In this document: positions 1-11,516 of the stretch, one piece after another
How the letters are laid out: each line of letters starts with the position of its first letter
Numbering within the stretch: the first letter of the stretch is position 1
Assembly: GCA_977017575.1 (NCBI GenBank)
Contig: CDRNVI010000009.1
Location: forward strand, 124,001-188,000
From: Paramoeba atlantica
Taxonomy: Eukaryota; Protista; Discosea
Length of the DNA stretch: 64,000 bases
Direction: 5' to 3'
Made by a program: the position numbers and the translations under genes
The notes under the pieces: generated by a model
The model's input: the letters and a program-made list of their open reading frames with translations, nothing else
The model's database searches: none
Told to the model about the DNA's origin: nothing

Positions 1-173
1 TTTTCAAACCTTGTTTTCGCTTTTCGAGACATGCCCAACGTCTCCCTTCGTCGTTTTTCGTCTTTTTCAATGGAACACTTTCCAACGCAAGTTGTATGCG
101 AATGTCCGTTGTCAAAATTTACAAAAAAGAGAAAAACTCTAAAAAAAGGTAGCTACTAAAAAAACTTTACTAT

Positions 174-626
174 TTGGGAAAACCGTTTTTTGGGACTTTA
201 CTAACTGGGCGCACTGTAGCCCAAACGGTTGCGGTGACGACTCGAAACAACAAGTTATCCGAAATTTTAATGCAAGTAGTACCAGATCGCACTTCCGGTT
301 CTCTTGTCCCCGGAATTACAGAACTAGCCGCAGGAGAACGTACCAGAATTTGGACAGATGGCGCTTGTCACAATGTTTGTCTCGGGGAGAACTACAAGTG
401 GGAAAGCGTAAACCACCGTCGACAGTGGGTCACAGAGGGAGGTGTGCACACAAACACTGTGGAGTGTGCGAACTCAATCCTCAAGAAGCGTTCAAAGCGT
501 GATGGTGGTGTGTTGGGTCGGAAAGTCGCCCGGAGAGAAGATCGGGTGCAGGCCTACGCAGAGAAGGGAAGCGGAAGTTTGAAGTGTAATGGGGGGGATG
601 CTTTGTTGCGCGTGCTTGAAAATTAG
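174..626 (+). pseudogene. Merlin/IS1595 (ISXO2-like) transposase C-terminal fragment
   Basis: Motifs IWTDG...VNH...GVHTNTVEC match the second and third catalytic motifs of the IS1595/Merlin DDE domain; N-terminal half absent. Confidence 0.75.
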
Positions 627-774
627 AAGAGCATTGCGCTTGCGTGCATGTATAGTGTCCGCTTTTTAAGCCTAACGTTATTAGTTTAAGTTTTTCAACA
701 TTTTTTGAGCAATTTTTAAACAGATTTATGAAAAAAACGAAAAAAAAAACGAATTTTGCTTCAGTTTAACCGCA

Positions 775-1399
775 AAAACAGATAACAAACATTCAATTTC
801 TCAGGTGGTGGAATATTTGTCTTTTATTGGTTCTTTCTTGAAATGGTGAAATTCTTTTTTTCAGCTTTCCCTATTACTTTTTGCTTGAAGGGGCCTAAGG
901 GGGTTAAGATATCACTTTCCCATTCAAAATTCTGAGATCTGCACGTTCCCGTCATTTTTAAATCAGTTAAAAAAATGAAAACAAAAACATAATTTTTGTT
1001 TCATTTTTTTGCATCGTCAAACCACACAATTTTGAGCAAACAAACACTCCGCGGCCAGGGGGCACAAGTGGGTCAATATTAAAAAAATGGCGGAAAAGCT
1101 ATTTGCTAGGAGAACGAGATCTCTCCTTCGCAACGAAAATCAGCAAAAACAGATAAAAATAATTGAATTTCTCATGGGAGGAAAAGATTTGAATACTTAA
1201 AATGTGAGAAATTGGTCTCTTGAAAGGTGTAAAGAAAGTGATAATACATCTATCGGATGCACGCATTTGAGAATTTTGTCTCCATGCTTTAACGCGCAAA
1301 GTCCTTGTCCCGGGATCTGCAAAATGCAACAAGAATGAGCTCAAACGGACACTTGGCTGAAAAGTTCGAGGGGGGTGACTTTTCGCTGTGGGGGGTTTA
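775..1399. mobile_element. 5'-truncated copy of non-autonomous Tc1/mariner-type element (TAAACCCC family)
   Basis: Colinear with 17690-18312; ends ...GACTTTTCGCTGTGGGGGGTTTA|TA, same right terminus as 18312. Confidence 0.8.
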
Positions 1400-2175
1400 T
1401 AAATATTATTTAAAAATACTTGTATTTCTTATGCGGGCAGTAAATGTGAACGGGGGTGTAGGTGGAATTCAGCGAATTTTTCTCCAAAAAATAGAAGATT
1501 TTTTTATGTTCACATTTCGTATTTTTCAAGATTTTCGCATTTTTTTTACCAGAAAACTTTATTTCGTAAACCGATTGATCATCCAGAAGCTGGTCTAAGC
1601 CGCCTTCTGAATGGAAAACTCATGTATGATGCCCCACAGGTTGCACAGACTGAGGTTTCTGACCCCGAGAATTACAACATCAGTTGCAACCCACGTGGGA
1701 AAGGAAACCACTGGTCTGATATCTGTGGGTGGGTTCTTCGACTACGATACACCGATTATCACCATATCAGTCGGAACCCGCGTGGGGGAGGACAATATCC
1801 ATCCAATCCCTGCTTCAGTGGCAAGAGAGTCTCTTGACGTTCAGAGGGCTCCGCAAAATAACACACAAGGAAAACATGCAGATACATGCAGATATCTGCG
1901 TAGGGGGGTCGTCAAGGGAACTATCTACAGGCGATCGGGGCCTTAGAAATGGTGAGCAGAACTATATTATTTCCACAAAATAAAGGAAAACGAAAATACA
2001 GTCGTAACATTAAATACATGGTATCAAGAAAACACTTCACTGTATCACGAAAGTGCATCATCGAAGTCTGTGTAGTCAGCGCGTGGTGCTTTCTGATAAC
2101 TAAGAGTTGTACAGACATTGTCAAGAAGACGGTTCTACAGCTCTGTCGAGGTGTTCTTTGCCGAGGAATGAAATT

Positions 2176-3132
2176 CTACAAGGAAGAAGTACGAATTTTT
2201 GTGTTCCTTTTATATGAAATATTCAATGACAAACACTCAGGCGTAACGTTTCCCTCCAATTGTTTATTGTCGTGCAACGTTAAGTCGGCCAATTCCTCTG
2301 GAATTCGATCTAAATACACGTGACCACTGAATTCATTATTATCAAGCCTGAGTTCTTGCAGAGCGGAGGGTAAATGCCTTAGATCGGGTGTTCCCGTGAA
2401 CGCATTATAAGCAAGATTTACCGAATACAGAGTGGATGGCAAGTTTGAGAGGTTTGCTGCGCCACTAAACTGGTTGTGACACAGACTTATTTGTTCCATT
2501 GTCAATGGAAGCTTATCTAGATCAACACTACCCTCAAAATAATTGTTTTCCAACCACAGTTCTGTCAAGCCCTCTGGAAGATGTTGCAAATTAACGGGAC
2601 CAGATAGCCTATTGTACGCCACTGCAACAATGGAGGAAGATGCTGGCAAGCAGGCCAAATTTATACTTCCTTGGAAGCGATTTTCGCTGAAATACATTTC
2701 ATACAGGGAATGAGGTAATTTTTCTAAATCCAAAGTCCCGGAGAATAGGTTTCTTTGAATATCAAGCATTTGAAGTTGAGGAGAAAGGCCTTCAAAACTG
2801 ACCTGCCCATCGAATTCACAACTTGAACAGTCGAAAGTAAGTAGGGAGTCCGGTAAATACTTCCAATGAATAGTTCCCTCTAAATTGGAACCCCGCCAAA
2901 AGATATCAATAACTTGCCCTTTATCATCACATGTGATTCGTTCCCACTCGCATGCCGGGGTCGTTACTTCCCATGATGGAAGTGGGCGTTTGATGCTTGA
3001 CGTGAGTCGTACAAGTCCGTATTCTTGAGGTAACGTCGTCGTGTGTACTTTATTTGCGACGATTCCCTTCTTTCGCCGCTTTGGTGCGGGAGGTGTAATA
3101 TCAGACAGCTGTGAGGGTAAAATCATTATCAA
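2176..3132 (-). CDS. Leucine-rich repeat protein, 318 aa (LRRNT-like cap plus about 9 LRRs)
   Basis: SW..TTPACEWERITCD cap followed by repeats LxxLxLxxNxFxGxxxLxxLP; polypyrimidine tract upstream of ATG. Confidence 0.9.
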   Translation of the reverse strand: MIMILPSQLSDITPPAPKRRKKGIVANKVHTTTLPQEYGLVRLTSSIKRPLPSWEVTTPACEWERITCDDKGQVIDIFWRGSNLEGTIHWKYLPDSLLTFDCSSCEFDGQVSFEGLSPQLQMLDIQRNLFSGTLDLEKLPHSLYEMYFSENRFQGSINLACLPASSSIVAVAYNRLSGPVNLQHLPEGLTELWLENNYFEGSVDLDKLPLTMEQISLCHNQFSGAANLSNLPSTLYSVNLAYNAFTGTPDLRHLPSALQELRLDNNEFSGHVYLDRIPEELADLTLHDNKQLEGNVTPECLSLNISYKRNTKIRTSSL

Positions 3133-3169
3133 CGCGTAAACGAACAGAAGGAAAAATGTAAAATTAGGA

Positions 3170-3628
3170 TACCTAAAATTAGAATAATAACGTTGTGGTT
3201 GGTTGTTTGTAACTCATCATTTCCTTAGATCTTGATCTTAGTTAGGATTAAACAGGCAACAAAAAATATGTGTTGTATTTCTTACCTATAAGAACATTAT
3301 TCGACGAAATCACAAGTCTCATTCTCACTTCATGAGTTCTAAAATTGCGCTCGTCTGTGGCTTATGATACGGACTAATTAAGTACGACTTTCGAAGTCTG
3401 AATCCATAAAGATAACATTCTCTCAAGAGATTTCTCAGCTGCACATCTTGCAGCAAATCATTAGACAAAACATAGAGTGCCATGGTGCCCCAAGCGTTCT
3501 TTGCGGGCACCTTTAGCAACTCCGTCAGTCCCTCACCCGTATCCAACACTAAAACAACGATGTGCCTTTGCTCACGAGATGGGAATTCCATTTCAAATTT
3601 CGGCGTAAATCGATTCCGTTCAACAAAT
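3170..3628 (-). pseudogene. Duplicated 3' end (last ~97 codons plus 3' flank) of the 11517..13763 gene
   Basis: Near-identical to 11364-11818; ORF 3325..3591 matches the C-terminus of the 748-aa protein. Confidence 0.9.
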
Positions 3629-4080
3629 TTATTTATCTTTTGTTTACCTTAATTTCCGTTTCTACGGTATGATGCAAATTAAAATTAATCCGAATTTTCT
3701 TTTTTTCCATGAGGTCCACAACACGGTACATAAAAACACGAATTGCGGAACTTTATGATAGCGGGGTTTCCATGAGTTCCATTTCACAGATCTCGCGCTT
3801 TGAGACGAGGGGATCTTTGGACATGGGGGATCCCTGGGGAGGAACTGGGGGAAAAGGGGAGTGATCCCTACGGTCACATCGCAACTGCGTCAAGAGGGTG
3901 TTGCGGATGTCGTTCCACAGCCCATCCGCGTTTCGATGAAAAGTTTCGGGCACAAGGGCAGGAAGCGCGTCCGAAAGCCATTGGGCACCAGTAGTGTGGT
4001 CCGACGAGAACGAGATCTCGCGCTTGAAAGAGATTATTACATACTAGAGATACTACTTCTTGGAAGGCTAGTTACTAATA

Positions 4081-4340
4081 TTATTTACTAATCGTAGTCA
4101 ACGAACGTATGGAAAATCTCAAGAAATTCAAAGCTCAAGACAAGGAAAGAAGCAGAATACATGCGATGTAAATGCTTCATACTCCAACAGTTAGTTAACA
4201 AATCAAGAAAATATTATTTACTACTCGTAGTCAACGGATGCATGGAAAATCTCAAAAAATTCAATGTTCAAGTCAAAGACAGAAGCAGAATACATACAAT
4301 GTATAATGCTTCATACCCCAACAGTTAGTTAACAAATCAA
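4081..4340. repeat. Tandem duplication, two ~125-130 bp units
   Basis: TTATTTACTA..CGTAGTCAAC...CAACAGTTAGTTAACAAATCAA occurs at ~4081-4205 and ~4214-4340. Confidence 0.85.
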
Positions 4341-4546
4341 CCAATAAACCGCCTTAAAATAACCTTTAAAATCACTAATTGATTTGGTTTACCACAGCGC
4401 GGATGCGCACAGAGGCGAAAGGATGCTTATCCTGAGCGAAAGTTGAGTCGACCTTTTAATTTTTCTAGAAGTTTATAATTATTAATGAGAGGTGGAGTAT
4501 AGGCACATTAACGCGGAACGGAAAGTTTAATACATAGTAGCTTAAA

Positions 4547-5158
4547 TTACCTAAAGCAATAGGGACTGAAGGTTAGAACACAAGAAGGAAGGGATCCAGA
4601 AGGAAGAGTTAGTTCCGTATCGTAGATCGTAAGCCGTTGTAGGCCATGAGGAAGTTTCGAAAAATCAGGTACTCCTTGAATAGGATTGCGGCTAAGGTCG
4701 ATCTCTATCATTGTTTCTGGCAGAGCGGTAAAATTCACGCTACCTTGTATGTTGTTTCCGTTGAGATTCAATACGCGAAGCGAAGGAGGAAGATCGCTTA
4801 CTTCAAGGGATCCACTGATACTCAAATCAGAGAGAATTAATTCTAAGAGACCTCGTGGTAATGATGCAAAATCAACGTGCGGAATTTCATCAAAACGAAA
4901 AAATCCGGACCTCATATTCAAATGCAACAAAGAGTTCGGTAGAGAAGACCATTGGAACTCACCAGAAAGACCAAGGAGACCCCATTCGAGTCTTACGACA
5001 TTATTTGTTTCGTCACATTTCACACGCTCCCACTCACACGCGGGGGTGTGCGTAGTCCATGATTCTAGAGAATTGGGAAACGTTTTAATAAAGAGAGCGA
5101 GAGCGTACTTTTGTGGTAATTCTGCACCACGAACTCGATGTGCCACACGGTCTGACAT
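4547..5158 (-). CDS. Leucine-rich repeat protein, 203 aa
   Basis: SWTTHTPACEWERVKCD cap plus LRRs; near-identical paralog at 16709..17317. Confidence 0.85.
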   Translation of the reverse strand: MSDRVAHRVRGAELPQKYALALFIKTFPNSLESWTTHTPACEWERVKCDETNNVVRLEWGLLGLSGEFQWSSLPNSLLHLNMRSGFFRFDEIPHVDFASLPRGLLELILSDLSISGSLEVSDLPPSLRVLNLNGNNIQGSVNFTALPETMIEIDLSRNPIQGVPDFSKLPHGLQRLTIYDTELTLPSGSLPSCVLTFSPYCFR

Positions 5159-5722
5159 GTTTATGAATCAATGAAAAGTGGAAGTATGCGGAATAAATTT
5201 CTAAAAAGTTTTCAAGCATGAAGAAATACTTTGAATAAAGTGTTTTTGTTTCCAAATCTGGTGAAAGTGAAGCATTATTTCGCATAAGGAACACTTTTTT
5301 TTGTAAAATTGTTTATGTGTTCTAAATGTTGCCTTATCATATTTTACGTGCATTGTTAAGTGTTTTTCTGACATTTCTTTGCGTACAGCTGTACTTTCTC
5401 GCAGTGACGCTTGGTGGTGGGGAAGAAGCGCGAGACACTCGGTTGAGGTTCGCCAGAGAAATTGTGAAAGGAGGGGAGAACAGGAAGATTATGCCCTCTG
5501 TCGCCTGTTTTGGCACCTCAAATGGTATTGCGATATGGTTGACGCCATTCCTGAAGTTGTACCCACTGAAAGCACGCTTTCTGAGGGCCGCGCTGCGTTT
5601 CTTGATCTGTGCTCCATGAAGCGCATGCGATTAATGATAAAAGAGAAGCTTGTTCAGCTTCTCCCAGCCGCCATTGCGTTTGTAAAATCCCATGTCAATT
5701 ACTCCCTTGTTAGAAGAAGCTT

Positions 5723-6667
5723 ATGCAGCGGCTGGAGATGGAGACACGCGGCGCACAAGTGATCATCCGCACCGTAACTGCTCTCAAAAGTGGTAACGTT
5801 TCTTCGCGTGATGTTTCTCAAGCGGTTCTTGTGGCTTTGCGCGATCAGCTGTGTGTTCACGAGGGCGCCCTCACTGCCCCTAGTTCTCAATCTGTAGCTC
5901 CCCAAGCAGACGACCAGCATAAGGTGGGCCGCCTGCCCAAGAATATGCAAGAGGCTTTTCGTTCCGTTGTAGGAACACAGGAGGATCCCCGTTGTTCTGA
6001 AGCGCTGCATCAGTGTCTTACCCAAACTGGGTTTAGCGCTGCGACTTGGCTCACGCCACGGGTCAAGGAGGCTGTGCGTAACGCCGTCGGCACCCTCCCA
6101 GACTCAGTTTACTATGCAAAGCTGGTCTCCGAATTCCCCCCGGATTCGCGGCTCACCTCCTTGGATTCAGAAGGAGTTCGTCTTGGAGTTTGGACCCTCC
6201 TTTGTAAGCTGGGGGGCGTTCTCCTGTCCTATCAGCTGGCGCACGAAAATGCCCACGTGCCAGCCGAAACCCTGGTGAAACTAATGCTCGACGACGCATC
6301 AGAACGGTCAAACAAGTCGATCGTCTCCTTTCTTGCGGGACACACGCGAGCGCTCAGTATCATTACTGGTGCGCAGCAGCAAACAAAGCGAGTCCCCCAT
6401 CAGTCTTTCTCTGGTCCCCGCCCTCAGTCTTTCGTTCCCCGCCCTCAGTCTTTCGTTCCCCGCCCTCAGTCTTTCGCCAGTCAAGTTCCACTGAGAGGGA
6501 TGAGCGTTAAGAAAACCTGGCCTTTTCCAAATGCCCCGGAGGACACGTGTCGGCATTGCGGAAAGCGGGGGCATCGCATGAGTGAGTGCCGTGTTCCCGA
6601 GGCCAGTGTCCTGCGCACTCTCAATCGGGACAAGGGGAAGGTGCGACCCGGAAATAGTCAACACTAA
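5723..6667 (+). CDS. Gag-like protein with C-terminal CCHC zinc knuckle, 314 aa
   Basis: CRHCGKRGHRMSEC = CX2CX4HX4C; 21-bp coding repeat PRPQSFV x3; homolog at 29371-30328; no pol follows. Confidence 0.65.
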   Translation: MQRLEMETRGAQVIIRTVTALKSGNVSSRDVSQAVLVALRDQLCVHEGALTAPSSQSVAPQADDQHKVGRLPKNMQEAFRSVVGTQEDPRCSEALHQCLTQTGFSAATWLTPRVKEAVRNAVGTLPDSVYYAKLVSEFPPDSRLTSLDSEGVRLGVWTLLCKLGGVLLSYQLAHENAHVPAETLVKLMLDDASERSNKSIVSFLAGHTRALSIITGAQQQTKRVPHQSFSGPRPQSFVPRPQSFVPRPQSFASQVPLRGMSVKKTWPFPNAPEDTCRHCGKRGHRMSECRVPEASVLRTLNRDKGKVRPGNSQH

Positions 6668-7007
6668 GCTTACAGACGGCTTTTTATTTTCGACAAAAAG
6701 GATGTTTCTTAGTCATTGGCATGCGTTATGATATACGATTTGTATGTTCTTCCTAATTGTTTCTCAAAGTTTTTAGTTGATTGCAATGTTTATCGCAAAC
6801 TAGTTGTGTTTTCGTTTCTTGGCGCCTAGTTGTTAAATGAGCAGCGCTTAGTTTTTTTATAGCTTTATTACATGGACAGTATCTTCGTACGCTTACTATT
6901 TTTTAATTCAAGGTACATACTCTTACATGGGTTATCATCAGATTTAGGCACGATTTATTCGATACGTTGTTCAATTTATTTATACAACAAGGAGTATTGA
7001 AAACATA

Positions 7008-7786
7008 CAGGGGTGCAAATCAGATGCTGGGGGGGGGGTCTAAAATTAGCAATGTCTGCGCAATTTATTATTTTGGAAAATAATAGCGCATTCGAGAGCT
7101 CTCGCAGAGATCTATGTATTTGGATAGGCGGTTTCCCGGGGTGTAAGGGGGTGGTCAACTGAGAAGCCCAAAAACGTCAAAAAGCAAAAAATGAATGAAA
7201 ATTTTTGTACGTTCAATAATTACAACTTTCCCCTTTTTTTTCTACTACTATGTCGAAACGCCGCGGCATGCTGTTTAAAGAGTTTATGAGCATGTCATGA
7301 CCATCTGTTTTAATGTAATCAACCGCCTTTTCAATAGAACATCCACGGTTTCCTCAAATCGCTTAACCCACAACTTAACAGTGCTGTCGTGGACGCCTTG
7401 TCTTTGGCAAGTGGCACTGTAGGAGTTTGTATTCTCGTAATCTTTAACGAGAAGCATCCTGTGTGAATATTTTGTGTTCCCCCGGGGTTCATGTGATCTA
7501 TCAGATAAGCTTTTACTCTTTTGCTTAGAGCGGGATCGCTTTTGCGGCATAATAGTAAGCTGAAAAACAAAAATAACACGGAAAAAACTGCAAAAATTTA
7601 AAAAACTGCAACTTTTAGGGGGATAAAAAACCTTTAAAAAAAGTATCTTTTTCAAATTTGTTTTCTTTTAACGTGATAATAGCGCCAAAACATAGATCTC
7701 TGCGAGAGCTCTCGAATGCGCTATTATTTTCCAAAATTGCGCAAACATTGCTAATTTTAGACCCCCCCATCTGATTTGCACCCCTG
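7008..7786 (-). mobile_element. Internally deleted Tc1/mariner element, ~110-bp TIRs
   Basis: TA|CAGGGGTGCAAATCAGATG... and ...CATCTGATTTGCACCCCTG|TA; internal minus-strand HTH remnant GVHDSTVKLWVKRFEET. Confidence 0.85.
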
Positions 7787-7963
7787 TATACTGGACTCAA
7801 AAATAATGTTCAACAAATAGTTTAGTTTTAAAATCCATATTTAGCAAGAAAAGTCTTCCTACGACACAGGAGAAGAAATATTTACAATAAAGATTTTTAA
7901 ACTAAAGCTTTTTTACCCGAAAAAATAGATTATTCATACTGTTTGGGCAATTTTTCCTTTTTA

Positions 7964-8058
7964 GGCTCTTCGTTAAACGCGGAGGTGGTTTTCAACGCGA
8001 AGCGCGCAGCATGAGTGACTTCGAAGTTGAAAATAACCACCGCGTTTAACGAAGAGCC
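7964..8058. mobile_element. ~95-bp fold-back (MITE-like) element
   Basis: TA|GGCTCTTCGTTAAACGCGG...CCGCGTTTAACGAAGAGCC|TA; related copies at 34875-34969, ~46702-46800 and partial at ~61590-61620. Confidence 0.75.
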
Positions 8059-8580
8059 TAAAATAAATTATATTAACATTGTTTATTAAACGGGGGGCCG
8101 GGATAACATACCTGTAACACGATAACATACCGGGGGGTATGTTATCGTGAACAGGGGTGGACAACATAGCTCCCCTCCGGATTTTGGAGTTTAGTGATCA
8201 ATTTTTTTAATTGAAGCTTTTAATTGAATTCTACCTGCAACGATTTCTTCCTGTTCTAAAGCGCAAATTCAACCAACTCAATTTGGAAAGCGGAATCGCC
8301 GTCGTTCCAGGTTGGGAACACTGACCCCAGAAAGGCATCGGTCGGTAACATCGCCTACGAGCTTCGTGTTCCCCCCAGTCACCCCCCTCTATCAGCCAAC
8401 CGCATTGAAGCTCAGCATCATAAACAAATATTGGAAGTGTCTGAAGAAAGCCTAACGTCTCGACATCGTCCTCCAAGGGAGCGAAAAATCACAGATTTTG
8501 TAGGACTTCGAAACTCTTCCCAAGAGTACCGATCGAGCAAAAAAATTGACATTTTTTTAATTTGGTCCTTCGAGTTCGAA

Positions 8581-9090
8581 AAAAAAGTCGGACCAATATT
8601 TATGTGGACCAAAATTATTGGGGCCAAATTTTTCGTGCATTGAAACAAAAAAGATATATTTTCTTGGCCTCCCTCGAGGCTTGATATCGTTATTAGATTT
8701 TTCGTTTTCCAGAAAATGAAGGACCGTACTTTTAGATTGTTTTTGCTTTGTGTGCTATTCCAGTAGCTCACAACACTTGCAACCTTTCGTGTCACACACA
8801 ATTCTTAAATTGCTCTAACTTCAGCCTCACCTTATAGTGATGACCCTACGTGCGTAGAGTAAATATCTTGATCAAAGATTTTCTGCACCCATTCAACAGA
8901 CTGAGACATTACACGAAGACTAAAAAATGAAGTGTCGATTGAAAGAAGCAAAAATTTCTAATGACGAGTTCTAAACGTTGAAAACGACTGACAATAAAGT
9001 CAAAAAGTATTTTAGACCGCCGCCGAAAGAAAAATAAAGTCGGACCAAAATTTATGTGGACCAAATTTGTTGGGGACAAATAAAAGTGGA
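8581..9090. repeat. Dispersed direct repeat rich in GGACCAAA motifs (two copies)
   Basis: AAAAGTCGGACCAA(T/A)ATTTATGTGGACCAAA at ~8581-8612 and ~9033-9064. Confidence 0.6.
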
Positions 9091-9132
9091 CCAAATTTTC
9101 TGCTCGACCGGTAAATACGACATTGATTATTA

Positions 9133-10462
9133 TAAACCCCGCGTCACTAATAAGTGACCCCCCCTTATTTTTAGCACAGGGGGTCGTGGGGAGGTTATCA
9201 TACCACGTTGTCGTTCAAAATTTTGAGATATGTACGTTCCCGCTGTTTTTAGCCTTAAAATTCAGTTAAAAAAAAATAATTTTTTCAACTTTTTTTTTCA
9301 AAAATGCCAAAATCACCATATCGACTCCCAAGAGGGGGGTTGACTTCTAGTGGAAAGGTTCTTTTAAAGATGAGGCACGGACAAGGAGTACCAATAAATG
9401 AGCTAGCCCGTGATTTCAACGTTTCTAGAAGGATAGTTAAAAAATATTTGAACGAAAAAAAAACTACCCCAGTATACACTTTGAGTCCTGAGCGAAAAAA
9501 AATAACGAAAACTCGTAAAACGAAAATTGAGAAGATAATAACCCCTCTTGACCCCGCTGGAGTACCGAGACTCAATTCATCAAGGCGCATAGCAGCCCAA
9601 TTGAAGAAAAAGAATATGCAAGTTTCAAAAAGAACTCTACAGAGAGACTTATCATCCATGGATTACAGTTATGCCGCTCGATCGCTATGCCAAGGGCTTA
9701 CCGAACGACAAAAAGTAAAAAGAGTTCAATTTGCGTTGAATTACAATATGGATACTTCCTGTGTCATCTTTACAGACGAAAAAATATTTGATACGAATGA
9801 TGGCAGAAGAAAAATGTGGGTAAGGCGCGGTCAAAAAGCAGCCCCACGTCAAAAAGTACGTTGGGCACCAAGATGCCAAGTTTGGGGTGCTGTAGGGGTG
9901 GGGTGGAGGTACTTGGTAATTCTACAAAATGACACATCTATTACAAGTGAGACGTACATAGAAACATTAAAAGAGGTAGATTTCCCCCCTAATCGTATTT
10001 TTCAGCAAGATGGGGAAACGGCACACACTGCTCGTGCCTCAAAGGAGTACATTGAAAGCGCAATGAGTGAGCTTCTGAAAAATTGGCCCCCCAACTCACC
10101 AGATCTTTCCCCAATAGAAAACGTCTGGTCTATGGTCCAAGGGGCGGTGGACGAACAGACCCCATCGGATAAGCCTTCACTCATCCGATGTGTACGCAAA
10201 GCGTGGTCTCGCTTGTCTCAAAATGTGATCGACAAAACGGTCTTAAGCTTTGACTCACGCCTTAAGGAGTGTATAAGATTGAAAGGCGAAAAAGTGAAAA
10301 AATGGTAATTCCTCAATAAAATATACGTATTCGCTTCTTTTTGTTTCATTTCTTCACGCGCAAAGTCCTTGTGTTGAGATCTGCAAAATGCAACAAAAAT
10401 CAGCTCAAACGGACACTTGTACGAAAAAAAGTGGGGGGTCACTTTTCATGACGCGGGGTTTA
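9133..10462 (+). mobile_element. Complete Tc1/mariner (IS630-Tc1) DNA transposon, 1330 bp
   Basis: Imperfect ~30-bp TIRs TAAACCCCGCGTCA...GTGACCCCCC, TA target duplications at 9131-32 and 10463-64, intact transposase inside. Confidence 0.92.
9304..10308 (+). CDS. Tc1-like transposase, DD35E, 334 aa
   Basis: N-terminal HTH; FTDEK, FQQDGETAH, WPPNSPDLSPIENVW; 35 residues between second D and E (counted). Confidence 0.93.
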   Translation: MPKSPYRLPRGGLTSSGKVLLKMRHGQGVPINELARDFNVSRRIVKKYLNEKKTTPVYTLSPERKKITKTRKTKIEKIITPLDPAGVPRLNSSRRIAAQLKKKNMQVSKRTLQRDLSSMDYSYAARSLCQGLTERQKVKRVQFALNYNMDTSCVIFTDEKIFDTNDGRRKMWVRRGQKAAPRQKVRWAPRCQVWGAVGVGWRYLVILQNDTSITSETYIETLKEVDFPPNRIFQQDGETAHTARASKEYIESAMSELLKNWPPNSPDLSPIENVWSMVQGAVDEQTPSDKPSLIRCVRKAWSRLSQNVIDKTVLSFDSRLKECIRLKGEKVKKW

Positions 10463-11516
10463 TATTTATCATGTGACAAATCCATGCACGTAAGTTAAAG
10501 ATTTTGTGCTGCTTTCTGCCATTGTGAATCTAAAGTGTGAAATACTCGTATTATTCACAAATACAGTTATTATTAACGATCAGACTGATTTTCATTGTAA
10601 ATAATAACTGTGGGGGGGTTTAACTTGTTGCAGCATATTTCTTTAGTAACATGGCAGACTAATTCACTCTATCGAAACATTTCCCATAGGTAGATCACCC
10701 AGAAATCCAACATTCTGGTCAAGAGTGCAATAAATCAGCGTGGCAAGACGTTCTTGTGGGCGCTTGAACGCTCCCGACCATTGCTTGGGAATGGTCCGTT
10801 ACTTTGTTTCTTCTCGGCGATCTGACGGAACATCCTTCTTATAATCTCCCTCTTTCGGGCGCTCTAGAGCAGTTTCGACGCTTTGATCCACATGAAATCA
10901 ACATTTTCTTAGCTGACAAACGGAGGTGACGATCGCAGGACGGCGTTTCTGAGTGAATGAAGGGCACCGGGTCGCCCAGGCTGGCCGCTTGCTCCCTCAG
11001 GATGTTCCTCCTTTGGGAAGTTGCAACCCTCCTCCAAGGGTGACATACTAGGTCCTTCACAAACGGTTTGGGGTGCGAGGTCCGAACGCCTCTACCAGTT
11101 TCCGCCGACGTATTTAACGTTGTTTAACGACCACGTCGAGTACGGGAGTGGGTTCCATTCGGGAGGGTCCGAGTCGATCCCCCAGATCTCAGTCCTATTC
11201 GGAGGGTCTGGGCCCCTACTGTGAGGCCGTCAGGGAAACTGTCATACCCGGGCTTGGGCGTTTCTTGGATAGCAGCAACTGCGTGGGCATTATAACAAAA
11301 AAGGGTTAAAAAATTTTGTATTCTTTTTTCGGAAAAAAAAGTGTGCAATCTTCGCTGGATTCCACCTAAAATTAGAATCTTAACGCTGTGTTTGGTTGCT
11401 TATAACTCATCATTTCCTTGAATCCTGATCCTAGTTAGGATTAAACAGGCAACAAAACTATGTGTTGTATTTCTTACCTATAAGAACATTATTCGACGAA
11501 ATCACAAGTCTCATTC

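Noticed and set aside
10680-11280. GC-richer segment with short ORFs, possible retroelement remnant
   Set aside because: No diagnostic motif in any frame.
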